The notes under the pieces were generated by a model that ran no database searches, was not told where the DNA came from, and was given only the letters and a program-made list of their open reading frames with translations. A stretch of 63,620 nucleotides of DNA, counting the filler, from Lenisia limosa (Eukaryota > Protista > Breviatea), in NCBI GenBank assembly GCA_001655205.1. It is 7 parts of 7 records of this genome, joined end to end, with 100 filler letters (N's around TTAATTAATTAA, not from the genome) between each part and the next. Parts side by side here need not be neighbours in the genome. Positions count along the whole stretch, not along the records: positions 1 to 8,516 come from LPNZ01010845.1; positions 8,617 to 10,845 come from LPNZ01003378.1; 5 more parts are not named here. One strand, given 5' to 3'. Positions 1 through 10,945 of this stretch are shown piece after piece (position 1 is the stretch's first letter; each line of letters starts with the position of its first letter). The translations under genes and the position numbers were made by a program.

Positions 1-99
1 CTTCTGCAGCACCGCATTCCATCACTCTAGCGTATGGGGGGGAGGGGTAATTTGTAAAACAAAACCGCAGAATCAACTTGCGACCCCCTCCAACCCAGA

Positions 100-1560
100 A
101 GCAGTGATTCCAATAACGTTGATCTTATCTTTGTAAGCCAGACCCTTGTTGAAGGCCGAGATTTCTCTGAACGTCTAGAGCGCTATCATTGAAACATAAG
201 TGCACTTGAGCGTTGTCATTGAAATATAAGTGATATTCAGATTTGGGAGATATATCATTCAAAGTCTTTTTATTTGGTGAAAACATGATTGCTTGGCTGT
301 TACCTCCTTAGAGAGATACTATTTTTTCTTTGTACCCCTCAAAAAGAATAATAGAAAAAAAACCATTTTCTTTTGATTGTATTCCACCTCCCCCCTACAT
401 TGACATTTTCCTGGAAGGTTCTTGCTTCCTTTGCTTGACTCATGTGAGAATCAAACCTGAAAAATCATTTAGACGTTGAAAGGACAGGAAGGAAAGATAA
501 ACACGCTTGTTTTGTAGAGTCCCCCTCCCCCAAAAACATTTTATCACCTTCGACGAATCCACCCATCAAATAATACACCCCAACCCCCAACAATTTTTGT
601 TTGTTGATCACTTCAAGGAGTTTGCATCTAAGTTTGATTTGAATGAAAAGCGAAACAGAAAAGCGAAATAAAAATAAATGAAACAACTAGGGCTTCCCTG
701 GTCCGGAAAAGACTATCAAAATATAACAGATATGTATTTATCGAGGACAACCCTCCATCTTCATCACATGATAACACACTATTTTCATCCCTATGTTAGA
801 CACATCATCGTTACATACATGTATGTTAGACAATCTATCAATCATCACAAATGCCTATCATCATCATCACATATGTTGGATAACCTACCTGTCAGCGAGA
901 CTCAATTCGAAGGCAGGTTCCTGGGACATTTGCTCAATAAACTCCTTGTCAGCCGGGCTTAAATGTTATTGGAGAAGAAGAAGAAAAAGTTGAGCATGAA
1001 GAAGTTATGAACAACGAAAATGAAAATATTTATTTAACATGGTATTAAGCAAGAGCCCATAACGAACCTAAGTGACTGGGCAACTGGGCGATCCTTGTTG
1101 AGCTTTTTACGGATAATCTAAAAACAGTGACAAAACGGAATTACTACTAGGCAAATTAAAATATAACGGGGATACAAAAAAGCTCTAAAATGAGTGAACA
1201 AGGGAAAAGAGTACAAGGGATTCACAGTTAAAAAAAATATATCGATAACTATTATAAAGAGTTCAATGATTTATCGAGAAATTCGGTCATTTTCTGGATA
1301 AAGTCAAGCCCTAAACATAAAGCAAGTCCAGTTTTGCCAAAATATCCAGGTCACCTTATTGACCTCCTTTTCCTTGCCATCCCGGTCGAATGCCACGGTC
1401 TAAGGAATAAAAAGGTATAATTTAATGAAGTAAACAAACAAACAAAAAACACCCAATTTCATTGCAGTATATGAAAAAAAAAGTAGTACGACTTACCTCA
1501 GCATCACGGAGTAGCTCGATTTCGGTAGCACGTGCAGCCGTGAGTTCCCTATGGAATGAT
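100..1560 (-). CDS. Hypothetical multi-exon gene (partial, runs toward window start)
   Basis: Chain of minus-strand AG..GT-bounded open exons: ELTAARATEIELLRDAE (~1497-1550), TVAFDRDGKEKEVNK (~1355-1400), IIRKKLNKDRPVA (~1075-1115), LSPADKEFIEQMSQEPAFELSLAD (~892-965), FDSHMSQAKEARTFQEN (~405-455), TFREISAFNKGLAYKDKINVIGITAS (~105-180). No family recognised. Confidence 0.45.
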
Positions 1561-1670
1561 GATGATGATGATGATGATATTGTTGATGTGGTGATGGTGA
1601 TAATTCGTTGATGATGACGATGGTGTGCAGTCTACAGCCTGAGATCAAATTGCACCCCTCCACATCTACA

Positions 1671-1748
1671 CACTGACCGGGATAAGTCTTGACAAATTTT
1701 CCTTGGGAAATCACACAGCAAATCGGCCAAGACTTATCTCGGTTACTG
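1671..1748. mobile_element. Tc1/mariner-type MITE (family R2), 78 bp
   Basis: Terminal inverted repeats CACTGACCGGATAAGTCTTG...CAAGACTTATCTCGGTTACTG, flanked CA/TA; same length and core as the copy at 8996-9073. Confidence 0.65.
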
Positions 1749-2199
1749 TATATACACCATCACTTCCCCCCCCCCCCNNNNNNNNNNNNNNNNNNNNNNN
1801 NNNNNNNNNNNTTTGAATGTCTAAAGCGTGAAAGGCCAAAACGACCGTGGTGTCCCATGCACTTATTTGTTTCCCAATATTTTTAAAGTATTTTGTCCAA
1901 ATTATTGTTCCAAAAATAAAATATTACCACGCAGAAAGCTGTGTGCACAGAGTTGTAAGGCAAATGATTGAGTGAATTAATATTATTCTATAGTCCAATA
2001 TCTCTTATAAGNNNNNNNNNNNNNNNNNNNNNNNNNNNNNNNCTTGACCAAACAAACCATCTTGAATTTCGGACGAAACAAAGACAGGGTCAATTTCATT
2101 GGGGAACTGCGGTGGGGTAAAAATGGAGGGAGAAGAGGTGAACATGGAAATTAAAAAAACACCAAATGGAGAAAACTACAATTTTCGCACACAACATAC

Positions 2200-5100
2200 G
2201 CAGACTCCCCCTCCCAACGTCTTGCTCCGTCTGTCCGGGATTGTACCATCTTTTCGGTAACCAATCTGAATAGGCAAACTAAAGGGGTCATTGTGCTGTT
2301 GAGGATTTTGGAACACAAGAAAAATTATATAAATACGCATACTATATGATAATCCCTCATCACCCACCATGGCCGATTGCCCTGATTCTTCGAGGGACTT
2401 GGCCAAGGCAGGAGCCACTGATTCAAGCAGGTGGAACGGTACTTCCGGAATCTGAGCAAATTAGTAAGAGATGCGAAATTGGGCAATTAGTGGGAAGGAA
2501 GGGAATCAATGACAGCGTTGTGCTCTTTTAAGGCCCATTGTGTATGATATTTGTAGTCTATAAAATAAACTCCTGTCCATTTTGAAACTGCATCTTTTCA
2601 ATCGGTGAAGGAGTTACCCAATTATGCACCACAAGTTTAGTTGCACCAAGGACTTCACTTCGGTAAAAAAACAAAGACTGAATTTCCCGATAAATCCTCG
2701 AAAACTGTCGATATATTATCAGTATTTTTCGAACCAAAGTGAAGCCCCAGTTGCTCCCCCCTTCTCCTACCAATTTGATGCCCTTGACGTGAGTGGAACG
2801 AACGGGGAGACCCTTGAGAAGGTATTGTGAGTCCTCCCGCAGCCCGTCGTTCATGGAACCGATCGCTCGTCTAGAGTGGTGAGGTGGAAAAATGGTACGG
2901 GATATATGTACATATATATACATGTCATTGCATGCATTAATAGGATGTGATGGATAACAGATAGGGCTTCACTACGGTTCGAAAAATATAACTGACTTTC
3001 TCGATAAATCCTCGAATACTATCGATATTTTAACGGTCTTTATGTTACTGAAGTGAAGCCCTACACACAGTCCACCTTTGGAGGTAACAGCCCCCCCCCC
3101 CCCNNNNNNNNNNNNNNNNNNNNNNNNNNNNNNNNNNNNNNNNNNNNNNNNNNNNNNNNNNNNNNNNNNNNNNNNNNNNNNNNNNNNNNNNNNNNNNNNN
3201 NNNNNNNNNNNNNNNNNNNNNNNNNNNNNNNNNNNNNNNNNNNNNNNNNNNNNNNNGGAGTGAAATTGGACAATTTAAGAAATACAAAAGGCCCAAAATC
3301 AACTCTGTTGGCTGACAGCACACAAGGGTTGAAAACTACAAAACAAACAAAGCCAGGCCAGTCGCTTCTGCAACACCGCATCCCATCATTCCAGAATTAT
3401 ACAGTTCCAAAACACAGACAAAGTAGCAATGTTTATCAAGGGCAAAGGGAGAGCATGAGGGGAAGGGTTAAAGAAGAAGGGNNNNNNNNNNNNNNNNNNN
3501 NNNNNNNNNNNNNNNNNNNNNNNNNNNNNNNNNNNNNNNNNNNNNNNNNNNNNNNNNNNNNNNNNNNNNNNNNNNNNNNNNNNNNNNNNNNNNNNNNNNN
3601 NNNNNNNNNNNNNNNNNNNNNNNNNNNNNNNNNNNNNNNNNNNNNNNAGATCACGAGAGGGACGGTGGAAGCAGAAGAAAGTACAGCTGGAACTAATATG
3701 AAGAAAATAGACCACCCCTTAGACTTGCCAGCAAGATCCTCAAAACAAAATGTCTCAGCCCCCTCTCCTCCATACACAAAGGATCCTCCACACCATTCTG
3801 ACAAGATGACCCTGTCCCAGCCCCCCGTACGGATCTTCGAGCCCTTGATAACACCCTCGAGCAGATGGTCCAGAGACAGATTCTGGGGGAGGGGGGTTAA
3901 GAATTATACTCTATGAAATTGAGTTAAGAAGTATGCTTTATGAAATTGAAAGTTTTAAGAAACACNNNNNNNNNNNNNNNNNNNNNNNNNNNNNNNNNNN
4001 NNNNNNNNNNNNNNNNNNNNNNNNNNNNNNNNNNNNNNNNNNNNNNNNNNNNNNNNNNNNNNNNNNNNNNNNNNNNNNNNNNNNNNNNNNNNNNNNNNNN
4101 NNNNNNNNNNNNNNNNNNNNNNNNNNNNNNNNNNNNNNNNNNNNNNNNNNNNNNNNNNNNNNNNNNNGGATGGAAGAGTCAACAGAGTACACGAAGTTCG
4201 CAATGTTGGCGGCAGTGTAAGTTTTTCCTGTGAAGTGAGATGGAGTGGTGTGGTTTAGGAAACCATATCCCAGGCTTACTACTAATACCCCCAAAAAAAA
4301 AAAAATTAAATAAAACAAAGTAAAAATAAATTATATTAATAATAAAAAGAATAGACCCGGGTTTCCATTTATNNNNNNNNNNNNNNNNNNNNNNNNNNNN
4401 NNNNNNNNNNNNNNNNNNNNNNNNNNNNNNNNNNNNNNNNNNNNNNNNNNNNNNNNNNNNNNNNNNNNNNNNNNNNNNNNNNNNNNNNNNNNNTTGGCTT
4501 TCATCCATCGTGCTGGTTGCAGCGAATGCGTCGATACGCTCAGCTACGTTCTAATGGATTAGTTCAGCAGTATGTTTGAATTGAGTTAGAATTGAGTTAA
4601 GAGTATGATTTATGGAATTGATTGAGTTGCGAAGACTGTTCAATGTAGGGCTTCACTTCGGTTCGAAAAAAGACTATTTCTCGATAATCCTTGAAAAGTC
4701 TTTTTTCGAACCGTGAGTTAAGAAATATGTTTTATGGGATTGAATTACGAAGAGGACTCATAATTGGATACCCCTCTCATCTCCCTTGGGCTTCACTTCG
4801 GGTTCGAAAAATCCCGGAAAAATATCGATAGTTTTCGAGGATTTATCGACAAATCCGGTTTTTTTCGAACCGAATTGAAGCCCCCTTTCACCTCCCCACG
4901 GTAAATTCTGAAGCGAAGAGTCCCTGCAATTATCCCCCCACTGTGAATTTCTGAAGAGAAGGGTGGTTCGTGGGGTCTGGAAGCTGACCGGTTGTCAAAG
5001 TTGGCTAAGGGGGGGGGGGTAAAAACGGAAACAACATATTTAAAGCAAAAAAGAACCCAAAATCAACTCTGTTGGTTAGTAGTACTACACGAGGGTTAAA

Positions 5101-5800
5101 AACAATCAAACAATCAAAACCCAGGTCAGTCGCTTCGGTAGCACTAACTTTAGGTTCTAAAAAAGACTTAATTCTCTATAAATCCTCGATAAACATCGAT
5201 ATTTTGACAGTCTCTTCGAACCGAATGTGAAGATCCAGCCATTACTCACAGACCTCATAAAGAAGTACCTGGGGGGTGGGTCGAGGCTCATCGTCACTCA
5301 ATACGGCAAGTTCTGTGGGGTGAAGAATGCTTAGGAAGAATGAAGGTGAACATAGGGAAGCATGGTGGGAAGAATGCTGAGGAGAATGCTAAGATGAAGG
5401 TGAATAATGTGAAGTGGAGAGGGTATCTTCCCAATATCAAATGGTCCACGGGTTACCCTTTTAAATAAAAAGGTTCCAACCCAAAATATATGAGCTATAT
5501 CATATACATGTCTGAACAAGGTACTCATAATTAAAACAAAAGGTTTACATTCTGGATTACTGAACAATGGTTTTATTCGAAAGAGCAGACAACCACAATG
5601 TGATATTCAGTAACACTTAGTACTACCTCCTTGAATTGGCTACCTTCTTGAATTGACAATTCAACCACAACATCTTAGAGAAAATTGAACGAAAATCCGT
5701 GTCAACTTTCTGGATTACAACATCGCGACCACCATACCCTGCACGGGAACTACGGGAATGGGCGTTGCAATCGGCTCTGCTGCTCCTCCCCATCCTGGAA
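2200..5800 (+). CDS. Hypothetical multi-exon gene, gap-interrupted; possible thioredoxin-like CxxC segment
   Basis: Plus-strand exons with GT donors: QFDALDVSGTNGETLEK|PVVHGTDRSSR (~2770-2875), IIQFQNTDKVAMFIKGK (~3393-3445), DDPVPAPRTDLRALDNTLEQMVQRQIL (~3806-3885), LAFIHRAGCSECVDTLSY (~4494-4548), PLLTDLIKKYLGGGSRLIVTQYGKFCG (~5239-5320). Confidence 0.35.
2962..3063. mobile_element. hAT-type MITE (family R1), 102 bp
   Basis: TAGGGCTTCAC...GTGAAGCCCTA termini with the conserved R1 core. Degenerate siblings nearby at ~2650-2750, 4646-4712, 4787-4883 and 5141-5238. Confidence 0.75.
3258..3392. repeat. Dispersed repeat family R3 (~140-170 bp)
   Basis: GGAGTGAAATTGG...AAAATCAACTCTGTTGGCTGACAGCACACAAGGGTTGAAAA...GCCAGGCCAGTCGCTTCTGCAACACCGCATCCCATCATTCCAG. 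Other copies at 1-45, 5008-5140, 13771-13907, 14715-14807, 26821-27045, 35660-35725, 61135-61262, 61895-61966, 62803-62886 and 63083-63199. Confidence 0.85.
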
Positions 5801-6153
5801 AAGTAAGAGGACATATATAGTATGTATTACCCACCCCTCCTTCCGATCACAAAAAAGAATGTCTCGATAATATTGATGATTCATCTGCCTGGTTTTGGAG
5901 CAGCAAAAACCAGGCAACCCCCACCGTTTGAATTTGATTGGGTTGGTGTGGAGCCCCAACCTACAATGTAACATGATTATTAAAGAAAAAAAAATACTAA
6001 TTTACAATGAAATCATGAGATGATAGGATGTCAACCCCAGCCTTTCCACGAAAGAAGCATTGATTATCTAAAGATGTAAAAAGTTCAACAAATAAAAAGT
6101 TTGCGTGCAAAATCATTTTTATATAAAAAAAAAACAACATAGTATTTTTTTAG

Positions 6154-7180
6154 ATTCAGAAATTGCTGAAAAAGCCAAGACCTATCGCGAGATGTTTGCC
6201 AATGACGAATTAAGCTGTTGTTGCCTGGATGACGTGTCATTGTTGGCATTTCTCACTTCTATTCGTGAACGCAAGCACCAACGGTTCTCCATCATGTCGT
6301 GCGCGTTCAGCATCTATCTGAAGGACCAAGGAGCTTCGAACGGACCATCTCCCCTGCTGACGCCGGATGGTGGAACTGGGTAGGATATTGTGTCTGTTCA
6401 GGCGGTCGTGCCTTCCACGAGAAGCTCCTGCTTTTGGAAGGGGACGTGACTGGGTTTGTTAAATCGATGATAAACAAGGCCTGGACGAACATGGGAGGGC
6501 AGCTTTTTCTACCACATTTGTGGACGAGCACCGTACTCTCCTGCCTCCGTCATTTGGTCTTGTGACGCAGAAGACAATCCAATCCATCACCAAGCTCTTC
6601 TTATTAATGCTTAAAACGTGTCACTGCCCGACGGTTTGCTCTTGTGAAGTATAACAGAGCAGAAGTGAATCCTTGACCGGCTCAAAAGTCATCGCCCAAG
6701 CCTGTTTGCAGCCGCTGAACAGCTCAACCTAGAAGTTCAATTGTTTTCCTGCAACCGCCATATTCACGAGCGAATGGTTATGTTCTACTCTCCTCTTGGC
6801 CCAAAAAAAAGCGAAACAAGCTAGTAGCAAATGTCATGTTGGCCTATATCGTCGCGGCCACTGAGGAAGAACACCTACGTTGCTTGGAAAAACTGAAAGT
6901 GGGGTCTCTGAATTAATTTCAACTTTTTAGATTTCGTTTAAGGACTTTTGCGATTGATGCGAACTTCCACACACACTGCTACCTTGACCCATACAAGCAC
7001 GAATGGGCTTGGTACTTAAAGGGTGACATCGGCCTTGGNNNNNNNNNNNNNNNNNNNNNNNNNNNNNNNNNNNNNNNNNNNNNNNNNNNNNATCAACAGC
7101 AGCTGGCGCGGAGTCAACAAACGCACTCCTCGCATCCTTTTTCAATGTCCTCCAAACTGCCATCAGACCGTCCACCAAAA
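6154..7180 (+). mobile_element. Mutator-like (MULE) DDE transposase, degraded, intron-containing
   Basis: Ordered MULE motifs: WVC*IDDKQGLDEHGRAAFSTTFVDEHRTLLPPSFGLV (first D; TAA at 6460-6462), ILDRLKSHRPSLFAAAEQLNLEVQLFSCNRHIHE (second D and CxxH), YIVAATEEEHLRCLEKLK, YLDPYKHEWAWYLKGDIG, STAAGAESTNALL (catalytic E, ~7111). Stop codon and frame changes indicate a pseudogene; TIRs not found. Confidence 0.75.
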
Positions 7181-8516
7181 AAAAAAAAAAATTCGTTGAG
7201 TAAGCTGTCAATTTTTTTGAACCTACTAACTCTTCAGAATTGCAAATGCTCATTGGATTTTCGATCAGAGCTGGTGTACCCCCTCACCCCCCCCCTCTCC
7301 GTGCTAAAGGAGGCGTCAACAGCTTTGTCTAAATGTTTGGTTTATTTCTGTTTTCAAAATGTACATAAACATTTCACGTAAAGCTGTTTTTTATCATTAA
7401 AATAAAGCGTAACGCAACACGCACGCGAAAAGAATAAAAAGGACCGGATATCAAGCTGCGTACTTTGCCATCACCGAGTACACTTAAAACATGGATAAAA
7501 AAAAAAAAAAAGGTAGAATCAGGCCCAAGCCGTCGACACCGTCACGCTTATAAGTAGAAACATCATTAATTCATCGTCTTACACAACTTTGCTCGTACAT
7601 AATCCAAATAATAAGAATCACAATAAAGTCAGAGGTAAATATGAAGTAGTTTACGTGACATAATGACTGGATGAATCATTATTTCCCTCTTGAATAGCCA
7701 ATCTTACCATTTTCTTGGGGAGGTGCTGCATCCAACGCTGTTGGGGATAAGACACATACATGTATACAGTATTTAACGCAAAAATAGCAAGAGATAGAAA
7801 ATTCTTAAGAGTACTTTTGTAGGTGTTGGTGAGTGGAAATGATTGATGTTAATACCAGATGGATGGGAATATAATACATGTAGCTTTGTACATGTATGTC
7901 AATACATGATTATTTGGTGGGGATGGGAAGAGTATATAATAATATGATATGATATACTGTATTTGATGTCAATATTAGGTGGAGTGATGGGTGGGAGGAA
8001 AGATGCAAATAGTGGGGAGGAGATGGGTATATAATATATACTATATGTATATACTGTATATATTTGAATACTGTGGAGAGGGGAGGGGGGGGCTTACCAT
8101 TGGCTGTGACAGGCGCCGCGGAGTCCCATCCTACATACAGTGAAATGGATTCTTTTAATTGTTTGGTGAGCAGTAAAAAAACATGAAATGAAAAATCTTC
8201 GGATACACATATTACATACATTCAGAGTCTATTGTATTTAAGATATTATACAAAATAAGATATTTACAGGTAGTTATTAAAAGCAAACTGACAATTTTTA
8301 CTATTGCTGTTATTCTTGATGCTGATTTATTTATTATTGATCATGATCATCACGATTATTATTACAATGATAATGATTAAAAATTGTTATTATTACACTT
8401 ATACTGATTCTTATGATTATCAAGTGAAGTATTCACGGACCGGCCTGGGCGACATCGGGGCTCCAAGGGGAATGCTCCGGTCCCCCAGCGGAGATGTGAG
8501 ACGGCATGGGGGAGGG

Positions 8517-8616
8517 NNNNNNNNNNNNNNNNNNNNNNNNNNNNNNNNNNNNNNNNNNNNTTAATTAATTAANNNNNNNNNNNNNNNNNNNNNNNNNNNN
8601 NNNNNNNNNNNNNNNN
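8517..8616. other. Artificial 100-bp scaffold linker (N44 + TTAATTAATTAA + N44)
   Basis: Six-frame stop 12-mer centred in an exactly 100-bp N block; repeated at 10846-10945, 14808-14907, 27132-27231, 58131-58230 and 60950-61049. Confidence 0.95.
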
Positions 8617-10845
8617 CACCCACCCCCCACCATAGCGCAAAACTGAGAAGGAATCCCCTGATGCCACTTGCACAACCACCTGGAGATTAAGAATGTTGTG
8701 ATGACAAAGCGACAGGAAGATTAATAATATTTTGATGACAAAGTGAGAAGATTTTACCATAAATACTAGACAAATATCAATATTTTTGGGCCTTTATGAC
8801 TATAAAGGAGAGCTGGAATTGTACTGATCCATAAACACGTGGACTTTTGGTCATAAAAAGAGAAGGGAAAGGGCATTATTTAAGAAACTATCAAACATGT
8901 TCACTCTTCACAATAAGTATTCTCATAAAAAAACGATTAAAACTACTGGGAGAAGAGAATAAAAACAAGGAAGTATATCGTAGAAGCCGTATATATAGTG
9001 ACTGGTATAAGTCTTGACCGATTTTCCTTGGGAAATCATATTGCAAATCGGTCAAGACATATCCCGGTCACTGTATACTATACCATGTTCACCAACACGA
9101 TTAAAGATATATTACAATACATGGAGAAGAAGAAAAACCTCCACCCACCTTGCCTGCGTGTGGATGGCTTCCAATGATCGGTTTCGGAACCTGAGAGGAG
9201 TAAATCCAATGAGAAATAAAAATAAGGTTGTATCTGGCCGAGGCCGTCCACACCATTGGATTATAGTATTATATCAATTCACCCAATCATTTGCTGAATC
9301 ATATTAGAGAGGAAAGGAGTCTATTCATATGAATTCATATGTACAAGCCATACGTGACAACGCGGAATCTAAACTTTTGGAAGGAGGGTATTTGGGGTTC
9401 CAAATTGCTGAATAGAACCGCGGTATTTATCGAAGGATTATTGAGAAATTCCTTTTTACTGGTGATGGATGGGTATCGACGGCTTCAGGTGGTATATTGA
9501 TCATCAAAATCACCGCAAAAAATGTAACATGGGTAGTATCCAACACTGCGAAATTATAGCACTGGATTAAAACCTGGATAACAAGATCCAATTGGTAGTT
9601 ATTTTCAGCCTTTTACTCCCCCCCCCCCTCAACCTGTGAAGAGAGCGGCATTCCAACATAGGCACGTTCTTCGTCACTTTTGAGCGCACCGTCTACCTCA
9701 GGTTCGGGTTCAAGTTGCTGGTGAGTCAGAAGGTGAGATGTGAGACTAACACAAGTAGTATTACGCTGATGTCCATACTATCCTGCTTCTAAGGGATATG
9801 ATATGATTTTGATAAAAGTACAATATTAAGAAACCAAATTATTAGCCTAAATTATGTATGGGAAGAGGAAACTATTACTCTGAATATTTACAAGTGCTAT
9901 TCTCCAAATAATTGTCATCCCAATCCAAACAAATCAAATGAATGAATGCAAGGGGTCATTACTCCGTTTTCTTTTCAAAAAGGCGAGCCCACATGGTATC
10001 CGTCGTAGTCTTCGAAGTTGGATCTTGACTTAGCTTTAGCTGCTACTGTGACGGCCCAATCACCTGTCCAGGTGAACTTCGATAAATATCGATATTCGGT
10101 CTTTTCGGGCCCAACAGTTTGTTCATGATAATATGATTAGGGCTTCATTTCGGTTCGAAAAAAAAACTGAATTTCTCGATAAATCCTCGAAAACTATCAA
10201 TATTCTACCCGGTCTTTTTCGAACCGAAGTGAAGCCCTAAATATGATTCATCGCCTTACCTGGGGGAGCGAGAACCGGTAACTTCGAAACCTTAATGTTG
10301 ATCTCAACAGGGAGGTGGCTCTGATGCAGGTCCTCTAAAACGGTACCTTAGAATAAGTTGGGAAATGTCCTCTAAAATGGTGCATAAGAATAGGTAGGTA
10401 AATGTGGGCATCATGTGAGAGTATGAAGAAATGAGAAATAAAAAAGGGAGCGTCTGTGAGAATAGTAAGGGGAAACTGCTTTTTGCTGAAACATTATCTT
10501 CTTTCCTGTAATATATTATTGGTAATTGTGAGAGATTAAAGGAAGCAATCCCAAGACCTCATCATAATCCCAGCCCCATATTCCTTAGATCCACAACCTT
10601 TAGTTGACTAATCACATTCCTTAGATGCACAGTCTTTTGGTCATCATATCAGCAATCCTTTGAGCAAACACAATCCCCAGATCAAGACTATTTACAATTC
10701 CCAGATCAAGACTTTTTAAATCCCCAGATCAAGACTGTTTACAATCCCAGCCAACCAACGCCACCATGGGGGAAGGCGCCGAAGATGAACGCCCGGCCCA
10801 GGGAGTTGAGAACCAGAGTGTGGGCAATGCCGCAGCTTGCAGCTA
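8617..10845 (-). CDS. RCC1-repeat-containing protein (partial; bounded by linkers on both sides)
   Basis: RCC1-type motifs SCGIAHTLVLNSLGRAFIFG (~10770-10840) and VVVQVASGDSFSVLRY (~8632-8680), with intervening open exons, e.g. GTVLEDLHQSHLPVEINIKVSKLPVLAPP, GDWAVTVAAKAKSRSNFEDYDGYH, QLEPEPEVDGALKSDEERAYVGMPLSSQ. Confidence 0.55.
8996..9073. mobile_element. Tc1/mariner-type MITE (family R2), 78 bp
   Basis: ~28-bp TIRs (T/C)AGTGACTGGTATAAGTCTTGACCGATTT...AAATCGGTCAAGACATATCCCGGTCACTG flanked by TA at 8994-8995 and 9074-9075; CAGTG terminus is Tc1-like. Other copies at 1671-1748, ~13541-13620 and 62361-62432. Confidence 0.75.
10138..10239. mobile_element. hAT-type MITE (family R1) with perfect 8-bp TSD
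   Basis: ~24-bp TIRs TAGGGCTTCATTTCGGTTCGAAAAA / TTTTTCGAACCGAAGTGAAGCCCTA; identical 8-bp direct repeat AATATGAT at 10130-10137 and 10240-10247. Confidence 0.9.
10665..10750. repeat. Short tandem minisatellite (~20-22 bp x ~3.5)
   Basis: Repeated CAATCCCCAGATCAAGACT(A/T/G)TTT unit within an intron. Confidence 0.75.
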
Positions 10846-10945
10846 NNNNNNNNNNNNNNNNNNNNNNNNNNNNNNNNNNNNNNNNNNNNTTAATTAATTA
10901 ANNNNNNNNNNNNNNNNNNNNNNNNNNNNNNNNNNNNNNNNNNNN

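Noticed and set aside
3045-4508. Long ORFs spanning N runs here and elsewhere in the track
   Set aside because: Their length comes from untranslatable gaps.
7260-8516. Exon-like fragments after the MULE relic
   Set aside because: Strand and frame could not be determined consistently, so no gene call was made.
10665-10750. ~21-bp repeats as a CRISPR array
   Set aside because: Head-to-tail minisatellite with no spacers, in a eukaryotic intron.
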